Assembly: GCA_964590505.1 (NCBI GenBank)
Contig: CAZPVV010000001.1
Span: 1-44,727, forward strand
DNA from: an uncultured Candidatus Saccharibacteria bacterium
Lineage (GTDB): Bacteria > Patescibacteriota > Minisyncoccia > Phycocordibacterales > Phycocordibacteraceae
Direction: 5' to 3'
Length of the DNA stretch: 44,727 bases
In this document: positions 15,430 through 24,893 of the stretch, piece by piece
Position numbering within the stretch: position 1 is the stretch's first letter
How the letters are laid out: every line of letters begins with the position of its first letter
Position numbers and translations under genes: made by a program
The notes under the pieces: model-generated
Told to the model about the DNA's origin: nothing
Database searches by the model: none
The model's input: only the letters and a program-made list of their open reading frames with translations

Positions 15430-16857
15430 ATGAAAACTATGCACAAAGCGCCACGTGGATACCTCATGCTTCTGGCAATTGTGTTTGGTGCGGTATTTCT
15501 CCTCGTGCTTGGTGGACTTGCAAGTTACATTCTCTCGCAGAACCGAATGCAAACAAAAACAACAGGTGATGCAAAAGCATTCGCTATAGCAGAGGCTGGT
15601 CTTAGCTACTACCACTGGTACCTGCAACACAACCCGGGTGACATCACGCACGGCACCGGAGCACCAGGCCCGTATGTCATTCCCTATAACGATCCAGAAG
15701 GAGGAGTGGTGGGGAACATGAGTCTTAATATTGTGGGGAACACGGCGTGTGGCGAAACCACATCAATTGATATTCGTTCAACCGGAACCGTGACGGATGG
15801 TTCAGGCGGAAGTCGCACGGTCGTTGGGCGGTATGCGCAACCAACGGTCGCAACCTACGCATACGTATTGAACGACTCAGTGTGGGCAGGGTCAGATAGA
15901 ACCATCAATGGTCCGTATCATTCCAATGGTGGAATTCGTATGGACGGTACCGCAAATGCGCCCGTAACCAGCTCACTCACGTCGTGGCTCTGTACGTCAT
16001 CATTCGGTTGCTCACCGAACCAAACGAAAGATGGTGTCTGGGGAGCAGGTCCCAACCAAACTCTCTGGAGTTACCCAACACCACAAATTGATTTTGCAGG
16101 TATCGCCGCTGACTTCACCGCACTTAAGACACTCGCCCAAGCAGAAGGACTGTATCTGCCACGTTACAGTTCAGGAAACAGTAACGGTGCTGCGTATTGG
16201 AAGGGATATCACCTTATCTTTAATGCTAACGGAACGGTGACGGTGCGCAGAGTAACGTCAACGACGCAACTTAATGTCACGCCGGTTAACTCTTCGGACC
16301 CGTCATGGGATCGTACCCTCATCCAAAACGAAACTAATTTTAATACGTATGCGATATCCACTGCCTGTGGGCTCATCTTTGTTGAAGACAATGTATGGGT
16401 AGAGGGAACGATTCCGAGCAAGGTGACACTGGTTGCGGCGAATGTAACGACAACGGGTGTTGAAGCAAACGCTTATATAAAAGGAAACATAGCGTATGGA
16501 ACGACTGATGGTACGGACGGTCTTACCCTTATCGCAGAACACAACGTGTTGGTGACTCCCGACTCGCCAACCAACATGACCCTCAATGGTATCTTCATCG
16601 CACAAGGAGGCGCCTTTGGTCGTAATCTCTACAGCTGCTCAGGCTCGTATGAACCAAAAGGTACGCTCACTATTTTGGGCACGACCGTTTCAAATAAACG
16701 AACAGGAACACGGTGGACGAATGGATGTGGAGGAGGAGATGATGCGGGGTACCAAACACGAGTGGACGCGTTTGATCGAAAGCTTGCAACTGACCCGCCA
16801 CCTTTCACACCTATTGTTTCCTCAGACTACGAGTTCGTTGATTGGCGCGAGGAGTAG
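15430..16857 (+). CDS. PilX-like / minor-pilin-like protein (475 aa)
   Basis: N-terminal PRG/YLMLLAIVFGAVFLLVLGG hydrophobic segment. The ATG lies 2 nt after the upstream stop. Confidence 0.6.
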   Translation: MKTMHKAPRGYLMLLAIVFGAVFLLVLGGLASYILSQNRMQTKTTGDAKAFAIAEAGLSYYHWYLQHNPGDITHGTGAPGPYVIPYNDPEGGVVGNMSLNIVGNTACGETTSIDIRSTGTVTDGSGGSRTVVGRYAQPTVATYAYVLNDSVWAGSDRTINGPYHSNGGIRMDGTANAPVTSSLTSWLCTSSFGCSPNQTKDGVWGAGPNQTLWSYPTPQIDFAGIAADFTALKTLAQAEGLYLPRYSSGNSNGAAYWKGYHLIFNANGTVTVRRVTSTTQLNVTPVNSSDPSWDRTLIQNETNFNTYAISTACGLIFVEDNVWVEGTIPSKVTLVAANVTTTGVEANAYIKGNIAYGTTDGTDGLTLIAEHNVLVTPDSPTNMTLNGIFIAQGGAFGRNLYSCSGSYEPKGTLTILGTTVSNKRTGTRWTNGCGGGDDAGYQTRVDAFDRKLATDPPPFTPIVSSDYEFVDWREE

Positions 16858-16932
16858 TTGACCCTATGTTTGTAATTGGTACCGTACCAGTAGAGCCGGT
16901 ACGAAACCGGTTTGTACACAGGGAGAAGGGTG

Positions 16933-17346
16933 ATGACGTTGCAAGAGACTGCGCAAGGCAAGCCCCTCCCACACACGTTCGTGGACGGGCTTCGAGCTGA
17001 AATTTTGGAACGGTTTGAGCACTATTCTGGTTTTGAACATGTGCTGTGGACTAGGCGAGACATCATGTGTCCGGAAGGTCCCCAGTCAGAGGAGAGGCTT
17101 CCGAATGCTCGAGCACTGTCCCTCTATGCTCGTGATGCGCGTGGGCAGCACCGTTTTATGGCTGAATCGGGTCGGTGGTTTCGTACTCGGCTCATCGTAC
17201 GAGGTGTCTGCCACTACGACACACTCAAGTTGTCTCTCCACAACGACGAGTGGATGCTACCACCAGGGCTGATCGACCGCAAATTCTACGATCGGTGGGT
17301 ATGGTGCACGCAACTTGAGTTGGAGAAATACCTACGCACGGTGTAG
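16933..17346 (+). CDS. hypothetical protein (137 aa), SD-led orphan cassette
   Basis: SD GGGAGAAGGGTG lies directly upstream. GC is about 58% on a hand-counted line. It has its own terminator. No family recognised. Confidence 0.55.
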   Translation: MTLQETAQGKPLPHTFVDGLRAEILERFEHYSGFEHVLWTRRDIMCPEGPQSEERLPNARALSLYARDARGQHRFMAESGRWFRTRLIVRGVCHYDTLKLSLHNDEWMLPPGLIDRKFYDRWVWCTQLELEKYLRTV

Positions 17347-17350
17347 GAAG

Positions 17351-17381
17351 ACGGGCGGCCCTCAAAAGGGTCGCCCGTTTC
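17351..17381 (+). terminator. intrinsic terminator (11-bp stem with one G-U)
   Basis: acgggcggccc tcaaaa gggtcgcccgt, then tttcg. Confidence 0.65.
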
Positions 17382-17399
17382 GCGTGCTATCCTTTTTTT

Positions 17400-18137
17400 A
17401 TGATTGTTGCCGCCAACTGGAAAGCCTATGTAGATAGTCCGGAGAAGGCTAAGAAGCTCTATGCTGCAGCAAAGCGCTTAGCAGACAAAGCGACTATTGT
17501 GCTGTGTATGCCCACCCCTTACCTCGGCCTTTTTGCTGGAGGTCCAAAGAGTCGTGTCCTCCTTGGTGCTGAGGATGTGTCGGTTGTAACGGGTGGCGCA
17601 GAAACAGGTGAAGTTACCGCATCTATGTTGCAGAGTCTTGGGGTGTCACACGTTATTGTCGGACACTCCGAGCGACGAGCGCGCGGAGAAAGTGACGCAG
17701 TGGTGCTTGAAAAAGTACAACGCGTTCTCGCACACAAGATGACTCCAATTGTGTGTGTGGGGGAGCGAGAGCGTGATCCTGATGCAACCTACCTTGCGGG
17801 AGTGCGTGCACAATTGGCGGCTGTATTTGCACCACTGTCACAAAAGGATCGTTTGAATGTGGTAGTTGCGTATGAGCCTATTTGGGCAATTGGGAAAACG
17901 GCCGCTGAATCAATCCAGCCACACGACTTGGCGGAGATGGTGCTCTATATTCGCAAAGTTCTTGGTGACTATTTGCCGGGCAAAAGTGCACAAAAGATTT
18001 CTATATTGTATGGCGGATCAGCAGAGCCCGGCAACGCGCGCGACCTTGCAGGGGGAAGTGGTGTGGATGGATTTCTCGTTGGGCACGCAAGTGTTGATCC
18101 GAGTATATTTGCCGCACTCGTAAAGGCAATTTCCTAA
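17400..18137 (+). CDS. tpiA: triosephosphate isomerase
   Basis: AANWK, VGHSERR and AYEPIWAIGTG-like (AYEPIWAIGKT) motifs. Confidence 0.95.
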   Translation: MIVAANWKAYVDSPEKAKKLYAAAKRLADKATIVLCMPTPYLGLFAGGPKSRVLLGAEDVSVVTGGAETGEVTASMLQSLGVSHVIVGHSERRARGESDAVVLEKVQRVLAHKMTPIVCVGERERDPDATYLAGVRAQLAAVFAPLSQKDRLNVVVAYEPIWAIGKTAAESIQPHDLAEMVLYIRKVLGDYLPGKSAQKISILYGGSAEPGNARDLAGGSGVDGFLVGHASVDPSIFAALVKAIS

Positions 18138-18142
18138 CGCTC

Positions 18143-19312
18143 ATGAAAACTGTTCGTGACATACCGGTTTTAAAAAACGTTCCGGTCATGGTGCGTGCGG
18201 CACTTAACGTTCCGCTTGAAGGCGGAAAAGTTGCCAACTCATTTCGCTTGCGACAAGCACTTCCCACCATTGCGTACCTTCAAAGCAAAGGGGCACGCGT
18301 TATTTTGGTTGGTCACATTGGTGACAAAGGAACCGAAACACTTCTGCCCGTTGCTGACGCGCTACGGGAGTTCATTCCGCGACTCGCGTTTTGTCCGTCA
18401 ACCACAGGCCCTGAAGCACGGAGTGCAATTCGTGCACTAGAGAGCGGTCAGGTGCTCATGCTCGAGAATGTGCGTCGTCATAAAGGAGAGGTTGCCAACG
18501 ATGAAGTGTTTGCTGCTGAGTTAGCTGAGCTTGCGGATGTGTTTGTTGAGGACTCCTTTGATGTGTGTCATCGCCCTCACGCGTCGGTCGTGGGTGTTCC
18601 AAAGTTCCTTCCTTCATATATGGGTCTTTTGGTTGAAACTGAAGTGAAGGAGTTGTCACGAGCACTAAAGCCTAAGCGTCCGTCGCTTGCGATTATTGGC
18701 GGCGCAAAGTTTTCAACGAAGGAACCAGTTATTGCAAAGTTGCTTAAAAGTTATGATCGCGTATTTGTGGGTGGAGCGCTTGCGAATGATTTCTTGAAAG
18801 CAAAAGGATTTCCTGTTGAAGCGTCACTGGTATCAGATGTTGATCCTCAAGCAATGCAGGCGCTCCTTAAGAATCCTCGTCTTATTCTTCCGGTAGATGA
18901 AGTGTATGCAATGCCAGGAGAGTCAGTATCAAAAGCAAAAACGGGCATGCTTGATGGGAAGGCACCACTTGAAGCAGTACTTGATAGTGGACCAAAGACG
19001 AGTGAGGTTCTTGGAGAGTTGGTACGAAAATCAAAGACCGTGTTGTGGAACGGACCACTCGGGAACTACGAACACGGATACACCGAAGGGACCGAGCGAC
19101 TTGCGCGAGCGATTGCAGGAAGCGGCACGTATTCCATTCTTGGAGGAGGCGACACTATTGCAGCTGTAGAGAAGCTTGGTATCACCGGACACTTCTCATT
19201 TGTTTCAACAGGAGGAGGTGCGATGTTGGACTTTATCGCAAAGGGAAACTTGCCAGGGCTTGAAGTGCTTGGCTATCGCCCGCAGGCGTCACGAATCTTT
19301 TTTGCAAACTGA
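18143..19312 (+). CDS. pgk: phosphoglycerate kinase
   Basis: VRAALNVPL, ILVGHIG, WNGPLG and STGGGA motifs, at 389 aa. Confidence 0.95.
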   Translation: MKTVRDIPVLKNVPVMVRAALNVPLEGGKVANSFRLRQALPTIAYLQSKGARVILVGHIGDKGTETLLPVADALREFIPRLAFCPSTTGPEARSAIRALESGQVLMLENVRRHKGEVANDEVFAAELAELADVFVEDSFDVCHRPHASVVGVPKFLPSYMGLLVETEVKELSRALKPKRPSLAIIGGAKFSTKEPVIAKLLKSYDRVFVGGALANDFLKAKGFPVEASLVSDVDPQAMQALLKNPRLILPVDEVYAMPGESVSKAKTGMLDGKAPLEAVLDSGPKTSEVLGELVRKSKTVLWNGPLGNYEHGYTEGTERLARAIAGSGTYSILGGGDTIAAVEKLGITGHFSFVSTGGGAMLDFIAKGNLPGLEVLGYRPQASRIFFAN

Positions 19313-19692
19313 TCCATCTCTTCTCCGTTGTACGTACCCACCCCAAACCACTCACGGAACCCGTCACCGATGAAACGGGGAATGACGTGTACGTGCGCGT
19401 GGTCGGCGACCATCTGACCAGCTGCAGGATCATTATTCATGATCACATTAATGCCGTCCGCTTTGACGGCTTTTTTAATGGCGGTCGCAAGCTTTTTCGT
19501 AACCAGCATAAGTTTTGCAAATAACTCGTCGGGCGTGTCGTAGATGTTTTTGTACGGCTTCTTGGGTATCACCAAAACGTGGCCCTTGTTAATGGGATGA
19601 ATATCAAGAATGGCGATGACGTCATCGTCTTCGTACACTTTTGAAGAAGGGATTTTTCCCTTAATGATTTGGGTGAAAATACTGTCGGACAT
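19273..19692 (-). CDS. HIT-family nucleotide hydrolase
   Basis: Histidine triad HAHVHVIPR, at 139 aa. It overlaps the pgk 3' end by 40 nt (convergent). Confidence 0.9.
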   Translation of the reverse strand: MSDSIFTQIIKGKIPSSKVYEDDDVIAILDIHPINKGHVLVIPKKPYKNIYDTPDELFAKLMLVTKKLATAIKKAVKADGINVIMNNDPAAGQMVADHAHVHVIPRFIGDGFREWFGVGTYNGEEMDQFAKKIRDACGR

Positions 19693-19738
19693 AGCTACAG
19701 CATACTCTACCTACTGACTCTGATACAATCCTCACACT

Positions 19739-21466
19739 ATGACTGGTGTTCCGGACGATATACGAGAGGCATTACGCTCCTTTGACGATTTCACCGCAGG
19801 CCTTCTTGCTCGCCGTGGTATCACGACGCACGAAGAGGCCGAAGCGTTTCTCTCACCCTCCTACGAAAAGCATCTCGGGGACCCGATGAAGATACTCAAC
19901 ATGCCTAAGGCAGCGGAGCGTATTGCGAAAGCGATAAGTACGGGCGAGCGTATCGCCGTGTGGAGTGATTACGATTGTGATGGTATCCCGGGAGGCGTTC
20001 TGTTCCACGACTTTCTGAAGAAGGCGAATGCGAACTTTGTGAACTACATTCCACACCGTCACGAAGAGGGGTTTGGACTAAACACGAAAGGTATTGATGA
20101 GTTACACCAGGATGGGGTCACTCTCATGATCACGATTGATTGCGGGATTGCAGACATTGAAGGTGTCGCGTATGCATCGTCTCTTGGCATTGATGTCATT
20201 GTTACCGACCACCACCTGCCGGGAGTGCTTCCGCCAGCGTATGCAATTGTTGATCCCAAACAGGAAGGTGAAACAAATGAGTTCCGTGATTTTTGTGGAG
20301 CCGGCCTTGCCTGGAAACTCGTGTGTGCCGTTTTGCAGGTCGGGTTTACCGGAAGAGAGAACATTCCTGTTGGATGGGAGAAGTGGTTGCTTGATATGGC
20401 AGGACTCGCCACCATTGCGGACATGGTTCCGCTTGTGGGAGAGAATCGCGTCATCGCGCGCTATGGATTATTGGTGATGAGAAAGTCTCCACGCCTTGGA
20501 CTGCAGATGTTGTGCAAGGTGGCGCGGGTGAATCAACGGTTCATAACAGAAGACGATGTTGGTTTCATGATTGCGCCTCGCGTGAACGCAGCGTCTCGGA
20601 TGGGTAACCCGCGTGACGCGTTTCGTCTCTTTACGACAACGGACGAAGTGGAGGCCGAAGCACTTGCCAAAGAACTTGAGCGCATCAATCGCTCACGACG
20701 AGCGTCTGCTGCCGCAATTACGCGCGCGGTACATGAGCGACTCGCAGAGCGAAAAGCAGAGGGGAAAGAAGTGCCCGGAGTTATTGCAATGGGAGATCCT
20801 GAGTGGCGACCCGGACTCCTAGGACTGGTGGCAAACACCATTGCAGAAGAGTATGAGCGCCCGGTATTTTTGTGGGGACGAGAGGGAACACTAAATGCGA
20901 AGGGTTCCTGTAGAGCGGGGAGGAAAGGTATGAATGTAGTGAAGCTCATGGAGCATGCAGAGAATACCTTTAAGGAGTTCGGCGGCCATGCAGCGTCCGG
21001 AGGGTTTACGCTACTAGAAGACGCAGTGTTTTCGTTTGAAGAGAAGATGAACGAAGCGTTGTTGCATGTGGTTCATCAGGGAGACGAGAAGGGGGAACAG
21101 GTTGTTGATGCAGAGGTCCACCCACATCAGGCTGACAAGAGACTACTTTCTTCGCTGGAGAAGTTTGCACCATTCGGAATGGGTAACCCGCGTCCCATAT
21201 TTATGTTTCGTGACGTCATGGTGACCGACGTGTCACACTTTGGAAAGTCTGAGGAGCATTTGCGTATACACGTTGCACGAGACCGAGATGGGTTTTCTAT
21301 TGAGACGATTGAAGCCATTTCATTTTTTGCAAAGCGAGAACTAGGAAAGGGTATGGAACGACTTGCAAGTGGAAGTACGGCAACTATTTATGCAAACCTA
21401 GAGCGCGATCAGTTTAAGAAAGGAACACCGGTGCGGTTACGAATGGTTGCTATTTCGCAGATGTGA
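19739..21466 (+). CDS. recJ: single-stranded-DNA-specific exonuclease RecJ
   Basis: DHH motifs (DYDCDG, TDHH) and DHHA1 (GGHAASGG), at 575 aa. Confidence 0.9.
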   Translation: MTGVPDDIREALRSFDDFTAGLLARRGITTHEEAEAFLSPSYEKHLGDPMKILNMPKAAERIAKAISTGERIAVWSDYDCDGIPGGVLFHDFLKKANANFVNYIPHRHEEGFGLNTKGIDELHQDGVTLMITIDCGIADIEGVAYASSLGIDVIVTDHHLPGVLPPAYAIVDPKQEGETNEFRDFCGAGLAWKLVCAVLQVGFTGRENIPVGWEKWLLDMAGLATIADMVPLVGENRVIARYGLLVMRKSPRLGLQMLCKVARVNQRFITEDDVGFMIAPRVNAASRMGNPRDAFRLFTTTDEVEAEALAKELERINRSRRASAAAITRAVHERLAERKAEGKEVPGVIAMGDPEWRPGLLGLVANTIAEEYERPVFLWGREGTLNAKGSCRAGRKGMNVVKLMEHAENTFKEFGGHAASGGFTLLEDAVFSFEEKMNEALLHVVHQGDEKGEQVVDAEVHPHQADKRLLSSLEKFAPFGMGNPRPIFMFRDVMVTDVSHFGKSEEHLRIHVARDRDGFSIETIEAISFFAKRELGKGMERLASGSTATIYANLERDQFKKGTPVRLRMVAISQM

Positions 21467-21513
21467 GGTATACTTCGCTAGTTCAATCATTTGTTTTTTT
21501 TGGAGGGAAGTTC

Positions 21514-21924
21514 ATGGTCAAAAGACCTCTCGAGGTCATCAAGGCGGAGTTGAAGATAGACTTCAACTCCCTGGACTGGCTGGCGGTTGCGTTAGAGTCA
21601 GCCGAACCCTTTAAGGGGGAGAACTGCAACGATAAGCAGCCGGGCTATGTTCCAGTTGTTCCGGCGTCGCAGGACGTGCTTCTCCTTCGAGGAGCGCTAC
21701 AACAACGCCGTGACCTGCGCCGGCAACTAGTCAACAACGGAGAGAAGAGGCAAAACGACGCTTCTATCCGGGCCCTAGAAGGGCTGCTCTGGAACTCGAT
21801 GCTCCACGCTATTGGGGATCGAGAAATTCATGGTGAGATGAAGCTCTGCAACATCGCAGGGCAAGTCTTTATCTCGGTCGCGAAGCCGCGCCGAATTAAG
21901 CCATCGTCCAGAGCGACGACGTGA
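21514..21924 (+). CDS. hypothetical protein (136 aa), SD-led orphan cassette
   Basis: SD TGGAGGGAAG lies 4 nt upstream of the ATG. I trimmed the track start. A GC-rich terminator follows. Confidence 0.5.
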   Translation: MVKRPLEVIKAELKIDFNSLDWLAVALESAEPFKGENCNDKQPGYVPVVPASQDVLLLRGALQQRRDLRRQLVNNGEKRQNDASIRALEGLLWNSMLHAIGDREIHGEMKLCNIAGQVFISVAKPRRIKPSSRATT

Positions 21925-21930
21925 ACAGTG

Positions 21931-21964
21931 AGGGGCTGGCGCCATGCGCCGGCCCCTTTGTTGT
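21931..21964 (+). terminator. intrinsic terminator
   Basis: aggggctggcg ccatg cgccggcccct, then tttgttgtt. Confidence 0.65.
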
Positions 21965-21977
21965 TATACTTGCAACT

Positions 21978-22403
21978 ATGCACTACACCCTTTATGCCGA
22001 TGGCGGAGCACGCGGGAACCCAGGGCCTGCCGGGGCGGGGGCGGTTGTTTTTGATACGATAGGGAAGCGCGTTGTAGAGGTGTCAGATTATCTTGGTATT
22101 GCGACCAACAACATTGCCGAGTACGAAGCGGTGCTTCGTGGACTTACTGCCCTCAAAGACGAGTTTGCGGAAGGGTTCTTTGATCATGTTCCTCTCACCA
22201 TAAAGATGGATAGCAAGTTGGTTATTGAGCAGTTGAAAGGAGGATACAAGGTGAAGCACCCTAACCTCGTTCCTCGATACCTCGAAGTAAAAAATATTAT
22301 CGCGCGGCACTTTCCGCATGTAATGTTTGTGCATGTGCCACGGGACGATAATGCAGATGCCGATCTCTTGGCTAATCGTGCGATGGATAAAGCACGAAGG
22401 TGA
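21978..22403 (+). CDS. rnhA: ribonuclease HI
   Basis: YADGGARGNPGPAGAGAV, NNIAEYEA and the DNADAD catalytic pattern. A TATACT box lies 7 nt upstream (looks leaderless). I trimmed the track start. Confidence 0.85.
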   Translation: MHYTLYADGGARGNPGPAGAGAVVFDTIGKRVVEVSDYLGIATNNIAEYEAVLRGLTALKDEFAEGFFDHVPLTIKMDSKLVIEQLKGGYKVKHPNLVPRYLEVKNIIARHFPHVMFVHVPRDDNADADLLANRAMDKARR

Positions 22404-23884
22404 TCATGGCGGGATTATATTTTTTCGCAGCAGTAATTGGTTTCATGAGCGGTATTGTATGCCGCTCTTTTGTTTTTCTATCTTGGCCTTCACTCCTGTT
22501 TCTTGGACTTATAGGTTTTGTTGGGGCGCTCTCATACCTTCGCTGGAGACGCACTGTGTATGTACTAGTTGCCATATTTTGCATCAGTGCGTCACTTGGA
22601 ATATTGCGTGCATCCTTCGTTTCTCACCCAAGCGCACACCTCATGCAAAGTCTCAATTCAGAAGTACAGGTGACGGGAAAGGTGCTTGGCAGTGCTGACA
22701 TCCGAGAATCAAATCAACGCATCACCATAGAGACTATGGATGGTGATCGGCTTCTCGTTGTTGCGTCTCTTTCTACTCAAGTGCGACATGGGGAGAGTGT
22801 GAAAGCTGTGGGAATACTTGAAGCTCCACAACCATTTGATGCTGATGGCGAACGAGTATTTAGATACGATAGGTATCTTGCAAAGGATGGTGTGTTTGGA
22901 ATTCTTAAAGATGCTCATGTTGAGATTGCTGGGGCACGAAGAGGACTTATTGATCACGTGCTTGGATTCTGTACGGACTTAAAAGATCGGTTTATTGAGG
23001 GTCTGCAAAACGCACTACCAGAACCACACGCTTCTCTTGCGGGCGGGATGTTGTTTGGGGGGAAACAAGGATTAGGGAAGGAGCTTATGAATGCGTTTAC
23101 TGCCGTTGGTCTCGTGCATATTGTGGTGCTCTCTGGGTATAACATCATGATCATCGCCGAAGCAATTCTTCGCCTGTTAAGTTTTCTTCCCCGTCGCACC
23201 GCACTTATTGTCTCGGCGCTCGGCATTGTGTTGTTTGTCATCACTGCAGGAGCAGGGTCGGCTGCGGTGCGTGCAGGAATTATGGCGTGTATCGCGCTTT
23301 TTGCGCGAGTAACAGGAAGAACGTATGACGCACTTCGGGCGCTTGGCGTTGCGGTTGTGTTCATGTTGCTTTTGAATCCGCTACTTCTTGCATTTGATCC
23401 CGGATTACAACTCTCCATTGCAGCGACGCTCGGACTTATCTTAGGTGCGCCACTTGTTGAGTCGCGGTTGTTGTTTGTAAAGCATCTGTTCTTGCGAGAG
23501 ATTGTTGCAACGACAATCGCTGCGCAAGTATTTGTTCTTCCTTTGTTGTTGTACCAAACCGGCAACCTGTCAATTCTTGCGCTCCCCGCAAACGTGCTCG
23601 TCTTGCCGTTTGTACCTCTTGCAATGGCGCTCTCTTTTGTTGGGGGAGCTGTAGGAATATTGCTCCCGTGGCTTGCCCCTCTTGTTGCACTTCCGTCATA
23701 CGTAGTGCTTGGATACATTGTGCTACTGACGGAGTTCTTTGCAGGACTTCCATTTGCAAAAGTCATAACTCCCACTTTTCCTTTTTCATTCGTGATAGGT
23801 ATGTACACGCTTCTCGGTGTGGCGGTTTGGAAATTAAAACAAACATCCCTGCACGAGAGTCGTGCAGGGATGTTTGGTGCATAA
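22400..23884 (+). CDS. comEC: ComEC/Rec2 DNA-uptake channel protein lacking the beta-lactamase-fold domain
   Basis: DUF4131-like N-terminus plus a polytopic competence domain (GLVHIVVLSGYNI). The GTG at 22400 overlaps the rnhA stop; there is an alternative ATG at 22406. Confidence 0.8.
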   Translation: MIMAGLYFFAAVIGFMSGIVCRSFVFLSWPSLLFLGLIGFVGALSYLRWRRTVYVLVAIFCISASLGILRASFVSHPSAHLMQSLNSEVQVTGKVLGSADIRESNQRITIETMDGDRLLVVASLSTQVRHGESVKAVGILEAPQPFDADGERVFRYDRYLAKDGVFGILKDAHVEIAGARRGLIDHVLGFCTDLKDRFIEGLQNALPEPHASLAGGMLFGGKQGLGKELMNAFTAVGLVHIVVLSGYNIMIIAEAILRLLSFLPRRTALIVSALGIVLFVITAGAGSAAVRAGIMACIALFARVTGRTYDALRALGVAVVFMLLLNPLLLAFDPGLQLSIAATLGLILGAPLVESRLLFVKHLFLREIVATTIAAQVFVLPLLLYQTGNLSILALPANVLVLPFVPLAMALSFVGGAVGILLPWLAPLVALPSYVVLGYIVLLTEFFAGLPFAKVITPTFPFSFVIGMYTLLGVAVWKLKQTSLHESRAGMFGA

Positions 23885-23887
23885 AAG

Positions 23888-24481
23888 TTATACCAACTCT
23901 TCAAGGAGGCGCCGCTCGGGAACTGACCAGTTCACGTTATCAAGGAATGCATCAACGTAGTTCTTCTTGTCAGCAGGAACGTAGTCAACCATGAACGCGT
24001 GTTCCCACAGATCAATTGCAAGAAGAATGGGAAGACCGGACAGTTGCCCAACTTCGTGGTCTCCAACAAACACGGTATGCAGCGTTCGTGCGGATGGGTC
24101 GTAGTAGACAACGACCCATCCGACTCCTCGCGTGCCGGCTACCTCTTTAAGGTGCGCGATGAATCCATCCCAGCTTCCATACTTCTCTAGTGCCGAACCA
24201 ACGAGTGGTTTGTCGTCTTGGGGAGCTGTGGCGCCTCCTTCAAACTGTTCAAAGTAGTATTCGTGCATGCGCATGCCGTCAAATTCAAAGGCAAACCTAC
24301 GGCGCAGTTCTGCCATGAGGTACGCATTCTCCTCAGCGTTTTCTTTAAGAGAGGCAAGCTTCTCTCGGATAAGGTTTACGTGCTTCACGTAGCCCTGATA
24401 GAGGCCAAGATGTACCTCCATTTGCTTGGCTGACAGGCCTTTGAGGTTGGGGATGTTGAATGATCGAGCGACGTATTCCAT
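23888..24481 (-). CDS. sodA: Fe/Mn superoxide dismutase
   Basis: DLWEHAF, plus His ligands in the HLGLYQGYVKH region. I trimmed the track start to the Met directly after a TATATAT box. Confidence 0.9.
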   Translation of the reverse strand: MEYVARSFNIPNLKGLSAKQMEVHLGLYQGYVKHVNLIREKLASLKENAEENAYLMAELRRRFAFEFDGMRMHEYYFEQFEGGATAPQDDKPLVGSALEKYGSWDGFIAHLKEVAGTRGVGWVVVYYDPSARTLHTVFVGDHEVGQLSGLPILLAIDLWEHAFMVDYVPADKKNYVDAFLDNVNWSVPERRLLEELV

Positions 24482-24534
24482 ATATATAAAAACTACGAGT
24501 AGTGGAGCCAAGTATACCGCCTGTAGTAGGGTAC

Positions 24535-24562
24535 TTGCATAATATACAGGTTATGTTATAGT
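24535..24562 (+). promoter_or_regulatory. promoter TTGCAT-16 nt-TATAGT
   Basis: Read directly, upstream of the 90-aa orphan ORF. Confidence 0.5.
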
Positions 24563-24594
24563 ATATTACCGTAAACAACGGTGGGGAGTGAGTT

Positions 24595-24867
24595 ATGAAT
24601 CTTGCCAGCTGGGATGAATTCAGCGACAAGAACAAAGAGACAGCGACTGCCGTTAAGGCACACGCCGCCCATCTGTACCAGGAGGGCGCCGACAAGGCTC
24701 GACTGGATCCGAGATTGCAGGAGCTTTCTGAGATTCTTCGTCCGCTTCCGGCCGAGACCCTCCAATTGATTGGGTTGACGCCGGACTTCACGCCTGCCGA
24801 GTTGGTGGTGACCATTTTCACCATCGGCGGCCAAATGATCTTACGACTGGAACGTGGGGGCCACTAA
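24595..24867 (+). CDS. hypothetical protein (90 aa), SD-led orphan cassette
   Basis: SD GGTGGGGAG lies upstream. The stop codon sits in the loop of a 9-bp hairpin (24852-24877). Confidence 0.5.
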   Translation: MNLASWDEFSDKNKETATAVKAHAAHLYQEGADKARLDPRLQELSEILRPLPAETLQLIGLTPDFTPAELVVTIFTIGGQMILRLERGGH

Positions 24868-24893
24868 GCCCCCACGTGCCGGCCACACAACGA

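Noticed and set aside
22954-23904. A 316-aa minus-strand ORF.
   Set aside because: It is entirely antisense to the ComEC channel gene. Its composition is Ser/Arg/Ala/Thr-rich and low in complexity, and it has no start context. It is a shadow ORF.
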